64,000 bases of DNA from an uncultured Ktedonobacterales bacterium (GCA_964657325.1 CAZZVE010000006.1:8188-72187), one strand, 5' to 3'; shown: positions 9,392 through 19,552, counted from the stretch's first letter. A program made the numbers and translations. Notes: generated by a model from the sequence alone, not told the origin.

Positions 9392-10270
9392 CTACAGAAC
9401 TTGCTGATACGCCTTCTGCAATGGCTCAATCACCTCTTGCGCCAGCCTATGGGCAATCCCTTCTGGATAGGGTGGGCGCAGGTTCAGCACGATGTGAGTT
9501 ACGCCTATGTCAATGAAGCTCTGAACAGATGTAATCGTGCTTTGCATGTCGTTTGGATTGACGATGACCTGGATCGAGCGTTCAATAGTCGAGGGGTCAC
9601 GCCCGATTTTGGCACAATGCCCATCAAGGACCTCACTTTTGTGTTTGAAGACTTCAACGGAACCGCCGGGCATGTTCCAGATGTCGGCGTATTTCGCAAC
9701 CATGCGTAGCGTAAGTTGTTCGCCGCCACCTCCGATTGTTATTGGTGGATATGGTTTCTGCACTGGCTTTGGCTCACAGTACGCGCCTTTGAGATGGTAA
9801 TAGTTGCCATTGAAATCTGGTGCGGTTTCTGTCCACAGCAAGCGGAAAACTTCACATGCCTCGCCCATACGCTTGATGCGTTCGCCTGGCTCGTAAAGGG
9901 GAATACCATAGGCACTATGCTCTAGCTCGTTCCAGCCGGCGCCAATACCAAAATCAAGTCGCCCATTTGAAATGACATCGACGGTTGCCGCCATGTTTGC
10001 TAACACGGCCGGGTGACGATAGGTGTTGCCCGTGACCATTAAGCCAACACGAAGACGCTTGGTCAAAGCTGCGTATGCCGATAAGAGTGTCCACCCTTCC
10101 AAGCATGATCCCGTTGGATCATCGCCGAGTGGCATGAAGTGATCAAATAGCCACGCATGCTCAATGGTTGGCACCTCGTCAGCTTCGAGCCAGACACGGA
10201 GCATATCTTCGTATGTTGTATTTTGTGGGGCGGTTTTTATACCAAAGCGTAAACGTTTCTTTTCTGCCAT
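9392..10270 (-). CDS. LLM-class (luciferase-like) F420-dependent oxidoreductase
   Basis: 292 aa with the luciferase-like monooxygenase pattern (FGI.., GRL.FGIGAGW, GGGGEQ.TLR..A.YAD.WN). Confidence 0.8.
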   Translation of the reverse strand: MAEKKRLRFGIKTAPQNTTYEDMLRVWLEADEVPTIEHAWLFDHFMPLGDDPTGSCLEGWTLLSAYAALTKRLRVGLMVTGNTYRHPAVLANMAATVDVISNGRLDFGIGAGWNELEHSAYGIPLYEPGERIKRMGEACEVFRLLWTETAPDFNGNYYHLKGAYCEPKPVQKPYPPITIGGGGEQLTLRMVAKYADIWNMPGGSVEVFKHKSEVLDGHCAKIGRDPSTIERSIQVIVNPNDMQSTITSVQSFIDIGVTHIVLNLRPPYPEGIAHRLAQEVIEPLQKAYQQVL

Positions 10271-10272
10271 TA

Positions 10273-10875
10273 CTAGCTCTCCTTTTGATGTTGCACTGCC
10301 ATTTCTTCACTTGACCAGACTCGCATAAACAAGTCAGGATATGCGATAACGAGCTTATCCCGATCAACCACTAGTTTGGCTTGATAGCCACTAGGATATC
10401 CTGCATATTGATAATGTTCACCATCATCATTGCTCTCTACGTATGTATAGCGTTGTTTTACTGCCGTGACTTGCATCGTGGGTACATTGATATAGGCAAC
10501 GGCTATCTCTGCGACTTCGCCGACCGCTAAACCTAAACGTTGCATAGCAATGGTATTGGTAAATGGCGTTGCAGAAATATCCACGTCAATACAACCGTCC
10601 AGTAATGCAATCCGTTCGTGAGTACCCGTTGTCCAGTGTCCTTTACCATCGGATTTTAGATGTATCTGTGGAAGGTGACTATCGAATGCCTCTATATGTA
10701 CCTCATGTACATGCCAGGAGGTATCACAATGAATAGTATACCTGATGCGGTATGGAATATTTTCCTTCACCGCAAGGATGAGACCATTAGCAGTAAAGCC
10801 ATGCTGTTCCTCTGTGAGATGTAGGTGTTCCATTCCTGGCTCGTCCAAGCGCGACCAAACAATGTTTCGTTCCAT
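10273..10875 (-). CDS. putative glycolipid-binding domain protein
   Basis: MERNIVWSRLDEPGMEHLHL.. resembles the N-terminus of the glycolipid-binding family (from memory). The stop lies 2 nt before the LLM gene start. The upstream ORF extension runs into a repeat element. Confidence 0.55.
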   Translation of the reverse strand: MERNIVWSRLDEPGMEHLHLTEEQHGFTANGLILAVKENIPYRIRYTIHCDTSWHVHEVHIEAFDSHLPQIHLKSDGKGHWTTGTHERIALLDGCIDVDISATPFTNTIAMQRLGLAVGEVAEIAVAYINVPTMQVTAVKQRYTYVESNDDGEHYQYAGYPSGYQAKLVVDRDKLVIAYPDLFMRVWSSEEMAVQHQKES

Positions 10876-10925
10876 AGATACATCTCCTAAATGTCGGAAA
10901 CGATGAACTTTGACGATTAAATACG

Positions 10926-11064
10926 GGAACGTAGAACGGTAGGGGCAGCAATTCATTGCGCCCAATGATGAGGGTAGTGGGGCAAACGTCCCCCAGCATG
11001 TCTCTCATGCCAACGTGGACCCCTCCCGACCCATCTTCGGGCGCAATGAATCGCTGCCCCTACC
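10926..11064. repeat. composite palindromic element, about 125-140 bp (GGTAGGGGCAGCAATTCATTGCGCCC arms)
   Basis: The left arm from 10938 and the right arm ending at 11064 are reverse complements with 1 mismatch. The inner part is near-identical to 54278-54400. The GGAACGTAGAA lead-in is shared with 60989. Confidence 0.9.
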
Positions 11065-11099
11065 GTCATCGTTGTATTCGGTTGTCAAAGTTCATCATA

Positions 11100-13145
11100 T
11101 TATATGCGTTCGAGCGGGATAAAGCCAAGCACACGTAGAGCATTATCCATCGTTTGTACGGTAGCACGCACTAACGAGGCGCGAAATGCTTTGACGTGTT
11201 CGTTTGTCTCTTTCAGGATTGGCGGTGTGTGTTCGTAGAAGTCGCTGAAATGTGATGCCAGTTCGTACACGTATGTCGAGAGTGTTGAAGGAACAAGCGA
11301 TTCGCTGGCCTCCGCGAGCCGACGTGGATAGGCGTCGATGTGGCGCAGCAATTCCCACTCGCTTTGCTCTAGTTGTTCGGGTAGGTCAACGAGAAAATCT
11401 GGAAGCTGGTAGCCAGAATCTTGCAAGCGACGTTGAATACTGTTAGCACGCGCATAGGCATATTGCAGATAGACACCTGTATCACCATTGGGGCGTAGGG
11501 CTTCGTCGATATCCAACGCGATGATCTGCTGTAAGCCAAAGCGAATCATAAAGTAACGAATGGCAGAGGCTGCGAGAATGGATGCCGTTTCTTCAGGCAG
11601 ATCAGCCTTGACCTCTTGCATACGCCGTACCGCTTCATTAATCAGATCGTCCGCTTTGATCTCGATACCTTTACGGCCAGACATAGCATAGAAGCTGCGT
11701 CCATCAGATGTATCAATACCGAGGCTTGCCGCCGTTGCTTTTGAGAGCGTCACGACTTCATAGGAGATATGCGTTGAATTGTCAGCCTGTTGTGGAAAGC
11801 CGAGCCGACGTAAACTCTCATATACGACTTGCTGTGGATAGGACTGGCGCACGTCGATAACATTGATGGCTTTTTGTGCATGGCCAAAGCGATTCGGGTC
11901 GGCCTCTTCTTGTTGTGGAGCTACATCTTTTGGAGTACGCATAGACCAGAGGACACGCCCATCGTGCTGTACACCCCACGGAACATAATGCAAATCAACA
12001 CCTGTTTGATTATCGACAAGACCAAATTTCCAGAGTTGAGTAGCAATATCCTTTGCCGTATAGGTTGCAGTACCATCACTTCTGACGAGAATTTTGTCTT
12101 GCATGCGCTCATTCTCTTCACTTGGTCCCTCTTCATCGCCAAAGGGCAGTATCCAGCAGCCAGCCGCAGGACCCGTTTCTGGTTTCTCAAGCAGCTTGCG
12201 TTCGCGTAGCATATCAAACGTATGTTTCCACAGACCTGCGCCCAGGATAGCAGACTCCCATGTTAGTAAGTCATAAGAAATGTTGAGGCGGCCCATTGTC
12301 TTGAGATGTGCCTGGACAATCTGATGTGAGAGGTCAGAGGCAAGTGTTGGATAGTCTGGCCCTGATACTGGCTCTTCGCCCTGCTCGATAGCATGAAGAA
12401 CGGTTCTGCGCATATCTTTGAGTTCCGGCTGTGTGTCGTATGCTTTGACAACCGCGACGTAGACACGCGAACAAAAATAGTCAAACGACTCGTGAGGCAA
12501 CTGCTCGTTGCCACCTGGAAGCTGTAATTGCCCTTTTTGTAGCAACAGAAACCCGACTACGACATCCGCGACCTGAACGCCGGAGTCGTCGATATAGTTT
12601 TCGGCCTCAACCGTGTAACCCTGAGAGCGCAACATACGCACAACGGTGTCGCCAATACATGAGTTGCGCAGATGTCCAACATGTGCGGCCTTATTGCTAT
12701 TGATTGCGGTATGTTCGACAACAACTTTTGTGCCGATACCTACATCGTTGTGTCCATAGTCGGGACCGGCCTCTACGACACGCTCAATAATCGCCTTCCC
12801 TACCTCAGAGCGATTGAGACTGAAATTAATGTAGCCGGGTTTCGTTGCGGTGATTTCAGCGACTGAAGAGATACGCATATCGTGTAGAATTGTTCTTAGT
12901 GCCTCGGCAATTTGCAATGGTGGGCGTCCAAGCTTGTTCTTGCCCGCCCACTGCATAACTGGCATGGAATAGTCGCCAAAGCTGGCCTGTGCCGAGAAAC
13001 GGAGATCAATAGGAAGTTGTTCCTTGTCAATGTCTATATGCTCTTGCTCAAGATATATAACTACAGCTTGCTGTATTAATGCGGTAAGATATTCTAAAAA
13101 GTCTTTTGGTCCGGTCATATATGGCACCTCACTGGTTAGAGTCAT
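11100..13145 (-). CDS. argS: arginine--tRNA ligase
   Basis: Class-I HIGH-type motif NSNKAAHVGHLRN, an ArgRS-like N-terminal domain and a C-terminal DALR-type anticodon-binding region. The start may be 13145 or 13118. Confidence 0.9.
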   Translation of the reverse strand: MTLTSEVPYMTGPKDFLEYLTALIQQAVVIYLEQEHIDIDKEQLPIDLRFSAQASFGDYSMPVMQWAGKNKLGRPPLQIAEALRTILHDMRISSVAEITATKPGYINFSLNRSEVGKAIIERVVEAGPDYGHNDVGIGTKVVVEHTAINSNKAAHVGHLRNSCIGDTVVRMLRSQGYTVEAENYIDDSGVQVADVVVGFLLLQKGQLQLPGGNEQLPHESFDYFCSRVYVAVVKAYDTQPELKDMRRTVLHAIEQGEEPVSGPDYPTLASDLSHQIVQAHLKTMGRLNISYDLLTWESAILGAGLWKHTFDMLRERKLLEKPETGPAAGCWILPFGDEEGPSEENERMQDKILVRSDGTATYTAKDIATQLWKFGLVDNQTGVDLHYVPWGVQHDGRVLWSMRTPKDVAPQQEEADPNRFGHAQKAINVIDVRQSYPQQVVYESLRRLGFPQQADNSTHISYEVVTLSKATAASLGIDTSDGRSFYAMSGRKGIEIKADDLINEAVRRMQEVKADLPEETASILAASAIRYFMIRFGLQQIIALDIDEALRPNGDTGVYLQYAYARANSIQRRLQDSGYQLPDFLVDLPEQLEQSEWELLRHIDAYPRRLAEASESLVPSTLSTYVYELASHFSDFYEHTPPILKETNEHVKAFRASLVRATVQTMDNALRVLGFIPLERI

Positions 13146-13224
13146 CGCTAACCACCTTCATCATTCTATAGAATGAAGCTACTATAGCCTAGCATCGTCG
13201 TCTGGTCAAGCATTTCTGGCATTT

Positions 13225-13752
13225 CTATACTGTATGCACCTTCTTAACTTCTTGCAGAAATTGTTTCACTTGCTTAGGGCCATATAAGATAATAGTTTCG
13301 CGTCCACTACTGAACTTTTGTATTTTCTCTATTGCGCTTACACGCCCATCTCTTGGATAGTTCCATATCCATTTCAGGTGCCTCCAATCAATACGCTCAG
13401 GACAGCCCTTGTTCATATCGGGTCGTGATCTTCCTGCATATTGAAAACGTCTTTTAAGAGCACGATACAGGCAGAGTAGCCTGGGAAAATCCAGGAAAAT
13501 AATTGTGTCAGCAGCCGCTAAGCGGATATCTAACGAGCTTCTATAGTTACCGTCCATAATCCATGTTTCTTGCTGTATAAAGTGTTCTTGTATCACATTC
13601 CATCTATCACGAGGTGTTTCTATCCAACCTGGTTGCCAGAAAAGAGTATCAAGGTGTATAACTGGAAGAGCGAGTAATGTACCAAGCTGTCGTGCAAGTG
13701 TTGATTTTCCTGAGCCACTTGAGCCAATAATAGCAATACGTTTCACAAGCAC
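13225..13752 (-). CDS. P-loop NTPase, adenylate-kinase/topology-modulation (FlaR)-like
   Basis: GTG start with AAAGGTG RBS. Walker A IIGSSGSGKST. 175 aa. Confidence 0.7.
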   Translation of the reverse strand: MLVKRIAIIGSSGSGKSTLARQLGTLLALPVIHLDTLFWQPGWIETPRDRWNVIQEHFIQQETWIMDGNYRSSLDIRLAAADTIIFLDFPRLLCLYRALKRRFQYAGRSRPDMNKGCPERIDWRHLKWIWNYPRDGRVSAIEKIQKFSSGRETIILYGPKQVKQFLQEVKKVHTV

Positions 13753-13934
13753 ACCTTTCTATCATTTAGAGCATAATAACATATAATGGCTTCAAGTCAG
13801 AACCTCTTACAGAATCTTTACACGTTCTGCTTTCCTTCTTGAGATACATGGGGTACGCTATATAAAAATGGGGAATTACCTATGCAAACTTATACAAAAA
13901 CACATTGTGTGGTAGGAGAGGAGGTTTTAAGACA

Positions 13935-14375
13935 TTGCAAAAGTTAAACAGAAGTAGGAAAATAGCCCTACTCGGCCTTCTTTTGGCTCTCGCGCTAGGA
14001 TTGCTCGCCTTCACCGCGATACAAACCGTTCAGCAAATACGCAGTTTTCAGCAAAATAGCCGTGCTGTTAGAGCAGGGGATGTTCATACCGTTCGTCCCT
14101 GGATGACTGTTCATGCGGTCTCACATATCTATCATGTTCCCGAAAATTACCTCTACCAGGAACTAGACATTCATGACGCGGCTTCCATGCACCGTGCGAC
14201 GCTGGACACTATCGCAAAGACAAAGCATAAACCTGTCAATAATGTTATACAGACCGTGCAGCATGCGATCTTAACGTACCGCCAGGCACATCCTCCTCAT
14301 GCTTCTCTACCACAACAGGCGTTGGCTTTCGGTAGAGAATTTCTTTCGTTACAGATCGGGAGAAAAGAAGCATGA
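13935..14375 (+). CDS. hypothetical membrane-anchored protein
   Basis: GGAGAGGAGG RBS followed by TTG at 13935 (the ORF track gives 13905). One N-terminal hydrophobic helix, IALLGLLLALALGLLAF. The stop overlaps the DedA ATG (ATGA). Confidence 0.45.
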   Translation: MQKLNRSRKIALLGLLLALALGLLAFTAIQTVQQIRSFQQNSRAVRAGDVHTVRPWMTVHAVSHIYHVPENYLYQELDIHDAASMHRATLDTIAKTKHKPVNNVIQTVQHAILTYRQAHPPHASLPQQALAFGREFLSLQIGRKEA

Positions 14376-15070
14376 ATACCTTCTTCCTTGACGCGTTGCA
14401 GCAGTACGGATATCCAATCCTCTGGCTGATAGTGCTCATCGCGGCGGCTGGCGTTCCCATTTCTGGCTCTCTGCTTCTTTTTGCTTCTGGTGCCTTTGCA
14501 GCTCTCGGCGATTTCAACATTCTTATTCTCTTTCCTGTCGCGCTTAGCGCTGCTGTGATGGGCGACAACATCACGTACTTTATTGGGCGTCGTGTGGGTG
14601 TCTCGCTTCTTCATTGGTTAGAGCGACAAAAACGTTTCCGCTTCATCACATCAAGTATGTTAGAGCGCGGACGTGTATCCTTCCAACGCCATGCATCATG
14701 GACGATCTTTACGTCACGCTTTCTACTTGTTGCGCTTGGAGGACCAGTCAATCTTGTAGCGGGCCTGGAACAATACCCCTACCCGCGCTTTCTACTATGG
14801 GATATAAGTGGTCAAATACTAGGAGTAATTATTCCTCTTGGCTTAGGCTATTTCTTTGCGCAAAGCTGGGAAGAGGTGGCAAGTGTCTTTGGGGCTATCT
14901 CCAGCCTTCTCCTTGTGCTCCTGATAGCACTTTTCCTAAGTGTGATGCTTGTACGCAATGTACGTCAAAGGAAGCGAGTTAAGCAAGAGGCAGCTATCGA
15001 GTCGAAAAAGGCATATACGCCACAGCAACCATTTGAGCAAAATATTAATACCGAAACTGCATCCGATTAG
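14372..15070 (+). CDS. DedA/SNARE-associated family membrane protein
   Basis: Multi-pass hydrophobic protein with the DedA-type signature GDNITYFIGRR.G. Confidence 0.8.
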   Translation: MNTFFLDALQQYGYPILWLIVLIAAAGVPISGSLLLFASGAFAALGDFNILILFPVALSAAVMGDNITYFIGRRVGVSLLHWLERQKRFRFITSSMLERGRVSFQRHASWTIFTSRFLLVALGGPVNLVAGLEQYPYPRFLLWDISGQILGVIIPLGLGYFFAQSWEEVASVFGAISSLLLVLLIALFLSVMLVRNVRQRKRVKQEAAIESKKAYTPQQPFEQNINTETASD

Positions 15071-15084
15071 GAGAGAAAGCCATC

Positions 15085-16188
15085 ATGCAAGCGGCGAAAC
15101 CTACGATTTTGATTCTTACCTCGCATACAGGTGGTGGACATATGAATCTCTCGCAATCACTTAAGGAGATACTTGGAACCGACTATACATGTATCATTTC
15201 GGACCCACTCCCTAAGGTCATTGATCGTTGGTATGCGGCTGCTAGCCGAAGCGATGTACATTTTCTCGCTCGTCAGTTCAAATATACAGATACTCCGTTT
15301 GTCTCCTGGTGCGTTCACAACATACTTGCCCTGTTGCTTGCCCATCGTATACGTAAGAGCATAGCACGTACTCAACCGCAACTTATCATTACTACGCATC
15401 CAGTGCTGTCATATGCAATTGCGCGTGTCGATGCGCGTCTTTCCAGACGTCTACCGCTGGTCTTCCAACTTACTGACCTGGGACGCGTACATCAAACATG
15501 GTTTACTGAGAAGCATGCCGATGCCTACCTTGCGCCAACACAAGAAATTTTCGAGCAAGCGGTAGAGCAAGGCATCAAGCAAAGTCGTCTGCACTTAACG
15601 GGACGACCGATACGACGCCAGTTTTTAGAAGTCTCCTCTGATACAAGAGAAAAAACACTGGCTACGCTGAATTTTGATCCAGACGTATTCACACTCTTTC
15701 TGCAAGGGGGGGCAAAAGGCTCCGCTCAGGTTGATCGTATAGTGGAGTTCTTGCTACAGACAGATATACCGATGCAAATCATCCTGGCTGTTGGTAATAA
15801 CACAGAGATGGCGACATTCTATGCTGGTATGAAGCAAGTACATGTACTACCGTTTACGGAGACAATTGCTCCATATATGGCGGCGGCGGATATCATCGTT
15901 GGAAAGGCGGGGGCAAGTTTTGTCACGGAGGCATTCATGCTAGAAAAGCCGTTTCTCGTCACAGCGGTTATACCAGACCAGGAAACACCAACACTCGCGT
16001 TTATTGAACGACACAACCTGGGCTGGGTTCGATTAGAACCAACAGCCCAGCAAGAATTGCTTCTTGAGATTGCACAGAACCCAACATTGATTGCGGAAAA
16101 GGTAGCTGCCATTCGAGCATATAAGACCTGGAATAGCCAGGCAAATCAGGGTATTCGTGTCCTTGTGAATCAGCTTCTTGCTCGGTGA
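15085..16188 (+). CDS. glycosyltransferase, MGDG-synthase/GT28-like (diacylglycerol glycosyltransferase type)
   Basis: The N-terminal ILILTSHTGGGHMN motif is typical of UgtP/MGDG-synthase-like enzymes. The C-terminal part is GT28-like (GKAGASFVTEA). Confidence 0.75.
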   Translation: MQAAKPTILILTSHTGGGHMNLSQSLKEILGTDYTCIISDPLPKVIDRWYAAASRSDVHFLARQFKYTDTPFVSWCVHNILALLLAHRIRKSIARTQPQLIITTHPVLSYAIARVDARLSRRLPLVFQLTDLGRVHQTWFTEKHADAYLAPTQEIFEQAVEQGIKQSRLHLTGRPIRRQFLEVSSDTREKTLATLNFDPDVFTLFLQGGAKGSAQVDRIVEFLLQTDIPMQIILAVGNNTEMATFYAGMKQVHVLPFTETIAPYMAAADIIVGKAGASFVTEAFMLEKPFLVTAVIPDQETPTLAFIERHNLGWVRLEPTAQQELLLEIAQNPTLIAEKVAAIRAYKTWNSQANQGIRVLVNQLLAR

Positions 16189-16216
16189 TAGTGCATCTTT
16201 TCGCAAAGCACTTTAG

Positions 16217-17386
16217 TTAAGAAACTTCGTTTTCTGTCTTACGCCAGTTGACGGTAGGCATAATGAGGTTACGCTCAATATGCTCACGATTATCAATAGC
16301 ACAGCGAATCAGTGACTCAAGCACATCTTCGTTAAGCAGATGCGGTTGAAGTCCAAGTTCGATGAGCCGAGTATGAGTAGCATTGTAGTAGTGTTGCTCC
16401 GACTCAAGGCGTGGATTTGGGAGATACTCAAGCTGTGCCTCTAGCCCAAAACGATTGCTTTGCGTGACCACCATTTCCGCCAGTTCTACCAGCGAAAACT
16501 GCTCAGTGATCTGATTGAAGACACGATACTCGCCCGCTTTTGGTGGAGATGCAATAGCTAACTCGATACAGCTAATCGTATCACGCAAGTTGATATATCC
16601 ACGTGTTTGTTGACCTGAACCGTACACGCTCAGAGGATACCCTATGGCGGCTTGAATGCAGAAGCGATTGAGGGCAGTCCCATAGATTTGATCGTAGTCG
16701 AAGCGTGTTGCTAAACGCGGGTCCTGGGCCGTTTCATCGGTTTCAAAGCCATACACAATGCCTTGATTGAGGTCGGTTGCCCGAATACCCCAGATTTTAC
16801 AGCAGAACATGATATTGTGGCTATCGAAGACTTTACTAAGGTGATAAAATGATCCCGGCTGCTTAGGAAATGGCAAAACATCTGAACGGCCTTTGTGATG
16901 TATTTCAATAAAGCCTTCTTCGATGTCGATGTTCGGCGTACCATACTCGCCCATCGTCCCCAATTTGACAAGGTGACAGTCGGGCGCAAAATCCTTAATT
17001 GCATACAAGACATTCAATGTACCGACAACGTTGTTGGTTTGTGTATACACAGAGTGCTTGCGATCAATCATGGAATATGGGGCGGAACGCTGTTCCGCAA
17101 AATCTACAACCGCTTCCGGCTGCGTGTCTCGAAAAACAGATGCAAGTGCTTCGTAGTTGGTTGCATCGGCGATGCGTAGCTGAATTTGGTGCCCAGAGAT
17201 TGCTTTCCAGACAGCGACTCGCTCTTGTAGAGTTTGAATGGGAATTAAACTGTTGAAGCCATGTTCGAGGTCGAAGAGTCTGCGTGTCAGGTTGTCAAAG
17301 ATCGTAACGTCGTGTCCTTTGCTGGAAAGAGAGAGTGCTTGGGGCCAGCCCAAGTAGCCGTCCCCTCCCAGGATGAGAATACGCAT
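16217..17386 (-). CDS. sqdB: UDP-sulfoquinovose synthase (SQD1/SqdB)
   Basis: Long collinear identity to plant SQD1 as remembered: GGDGY.GW, DNL.RRLFD, EQRSAPYSMIDR, LVKLGTMGEYGTPNIDIEEG, SFYHLSKV.DSHNI, WGIRATDLNQG.VYG, GTALNRFC.QAA.G.PL.VYG.G.QTRGY. Confidence 0.9.
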   Translation of the reverse strand: MRILILGGDGYLGWPQALSLSSKGHDVTIFDNLTRRLFDLEHGFNSLIPIQTLQERVAVWKAISGHQIQLRIADATNYEALASVFRDTQPEAVVDFAEQRSAPYSMIDRKHSVYTQTNNVVGTLNVLYAIKDFAPDCHLVKLGTMGEYGTPNIDIEEGFIEIHHKGRSDVLPFPKQPGSFYHLSKVFDSHNIMFCCKIWGIRATDLNQGIVYGFETDETAQDPRLATRFDYDQIYGTALNRFCIQAAIGYPLSVYGSGQQTRGYINLRDTISCIELAIASPPKAGEYRVFNQITEQFSLVELAEMVVTQSNRFGLEAQLEYLPNPRLESEQHYYNATHTRLIELGLQPHLLNEDVLESLIRCAIDNREHIERNLIMPTVNWRKTENEVS

Positions 17387-17529
17387 AGGTCCTCCACTAA
17401 AGATGTTGAGATCATCGAGTTCTCGTCGGGAATGGTTCGAGAGAGGATGATTCCAGGAAAATCCTCAAAGAAGCATTTCTCAGGTATACCTTAGCACATT
17501 TTCTGTCCAATGTTGAAGATGAGTTCCAA

Positions 17530-17603
17530 AAGGTTCATGGAACGGAACAAAAGCCTATCATCAGCATGTCGATGATAGGCTTTTGTTCCATTCCATGAAC
17601 CTT
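17530..17603 (-). terminator. 33-bp hairpin immediately downstream of acs
   Basis: 17530-17562 pairs with 17571-17603 (1 mismatch), with an 8-nt loop. It starts 9 nt after the acs stop. Confidence 0.7.
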
Positions 17604-17611
17604 GACAGTGC

Positions 17612-19552
17612 TTACCCGTCAAGTGTACTCGTATCTCCGACAGGTTCGCCGAGTTCGCGAGCACGAATGACGCGACGCATGATTTTTCCAGAGCGAGTCT
17701 TGGGTAAGCTAGGTGCAAACTCAAGTTCGTCAGGAACAGCGAGCGCACCAACAGTTGTACGAACATGCAATTTCAGTTGTTTCGCCATTTCATCTGATGG
17801 CTCAAAGCCGTTTTTGAGGATGACAAACACTTTGACATGCTCGCCCTTTACCTCGTCAGGTTTGCCAATGGCGGCTGCCTCGGCGACGGCTGGATGGCTG
17901 ACAAGACTCGACTCGATTTCCATAGAGCCGAGACGATGACCGCTTACCTTGATTACATCATCCACACGCCCTTGAATGCGGAAGTAGCCATCCTTGTCCA
18001 TTGTTGCTGCATCACCCGCGAAGTAGACACCAGGAATGGTGTTCCAGTAGGTTTCGTAACGCGCGGGATCACCATAAATGGTGCGCATCTGACTAGGCCA
18101 CGGCTGACGAATAATCAGGAAGCCACCGCGCTCACTGCCTACCGTAACACCGTTTTTGTCTACGACTTCGGCTTCGATGGTCGGTAAGGGGCGACTGGCA
18201 CTACCAGGTTTTAATGGGATAGCAACGGTTGGACTAATCAGTATGGAGCCAGTCTCCGTCTGCCACCATGTATCCATAATAGGTAGTTGATCGTGCCCGA
18301 TATTTTTGTGATACCAAATCCACGCCTCTGGATTGATCGGCTCACCTACACTGCCAAGAATACGTAAGCTAGAGAGGTCATGTTTTGCGGGCCACTCTTC
18401 ACCAAAACGCATCAAGCCACGTATGGCTGTAGGCGATGTGTAGATAGTCGTAACCTTGTACTTCTCAACAATGCTCCATAAGCGATCTGGTGCTGGATAG
18501 GTTGGCGTGCCCTCAAACAGCACGTTTGTAGTGCCATTCATTAATGGTCCGTAGATGATATAGCTATGTCCCGTCACCCAACCAACATCGGCGGTACACC
18601 AGAAAATGTCGTTCTCTTTGGTATCGAAGACATACTTGGTTGTCGCATACGCTCCAACTGCATACCCTCCATGAACGTGTACTACCCCCTTTGGTTTGCC
18701 GGTGCTACCGCTCGTGTAGAGGATGTAGAGCATATCCTCGCTATCCATAGGCTCACAGGGAACAAGCGTATCCTCTGGAATATCGGCGAACAAATCGTCC
18801 AGGTAGACATCCCGACCAGCCTGCATCGCAACCTCAGTACCAAGTCGCTTCACCACAAGAACTTTTTCAATGGTTGGCGTCTCGGCAACGGCTTCGTCAG
18901 TAATCTTTTTCAGTTCAATGTGCTTCCCACCACGATTGTTGCCGTCAGCAGTAATCACTACTTTCGCCTGGGCATCAATGATACGATCTCGTAGTGCGCT
19001 AGGAGCAAAGCCACCAAACACAACAGTATGCACAGCACCAAGACGCGCAACGGCAAGTACAGCCGCGACCTGTTCGAGAATCGCAGGCATATAGATGGCT
19101 ACACGGTCTCCTTTTTTGACGCCCAAATTTTGCAACGCTTTTGCGAAGCGGTTTGTCAGCACAAATAGTTCTTTGTATGTCATCGTTCGGCTTGAACCAT
19201 CATCACCTTCCCAGTGAAAGGCAACTTTGTCACGTGTTGATGTCTCCATATGCCTGTCGAGGCAGTTATAAACAATGTTGAATTTACCACCACTAAACCA
19301 CTTGAAAAAGGGCTTCGTTGTCCATTCAAAGGTCTTCTGCCACGGCTCAAACCAATGAAGTTCTTTGGCCTGATCCTCCCAATATTCAAAGCGATTAGCG
19401 AGTGACCATTGAAAGAACTTATCATACTCATCAAAGCCTTTTGACTTCATGTAAGCTGTGATATTAGCATTACTCACAATGTCGTTAGATGGGGGGAAAA
19501 CACGTTCCTCAATCAAAATATTATCGGTATTTTCAAAGCTGAGGTTACTCAT
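17612..19552 (-). CDS. acs: acetyl-CoA synthetase (AMP-forming)
   Basis: YTSGSTGKPKG AMP-binding motif and the C-terminal PKTRSGKIMRR motif. GAAGGAAGG RBS before ATG 19552. Confidence 0.94.
   Translation of the reverse strand: MSNLSFENTDNILIEERVFPPSNDIVSNANITAYMKSKGFDEYDKFFQWSLANRFEYWEDQAKELHWFEPWQKTFEWTTKPFFKWFSGGKFNIVYNCLDRHMETSTRDKVAFHWEGDDGSSRTMTYKELFVLTNRFAKALQNLGVKKGDRVAIYMPAILEQVAAVLAVARLGAVHTVVFGGFAPSALRDRIIDAQAKVVITADGNNRGGKHIELKKITDEAVAETPTIEKVLVVKRLGTEVAMQAGRDVYLDDLFADIPEDTLVPCEPMDSEDMLYILYTSGSTGKPKGVVHVHGGYAVGAYATTKYVFDTKENDIFWCTADVGWVTGHSYIIYGPLMNGTTNVLFEGTPTYPAPDRLWSIVEKYKVTTIYTSPTAIRGLMRFGEEWPAKHDLSSLRILGSVGEPINPEAWIWYHKNIGHDQLPIMDTWWQTETGSILISPTVAIPLKPGSASRPLPTIEAEVVDKNGVTVGSERGGFLIIRQPWPSQMRTIYGDPARYETYWNTIPGVYFAGDAATMDKDGYFRIQGRVDDVIKVSGHRLGSMEIESSLVSHPAVAEAAAIGKPDEVKGEHVKVFVILKNGFEPSDEMAKQLKLHVRTTVGALAVPDELEFAPSLPKTRSGKIMRRVIRARELGEPVGDTSTLDG

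Noticed and set aside
10876-10965. N-terminal extension of the glycolipid-binding-domain ORF
   Set aside because: The extension is encoded by the repeat element (MGAMNCCPYRSTFP.. is the element read in frame). The internal Met at 10875 starts the conserved domain.
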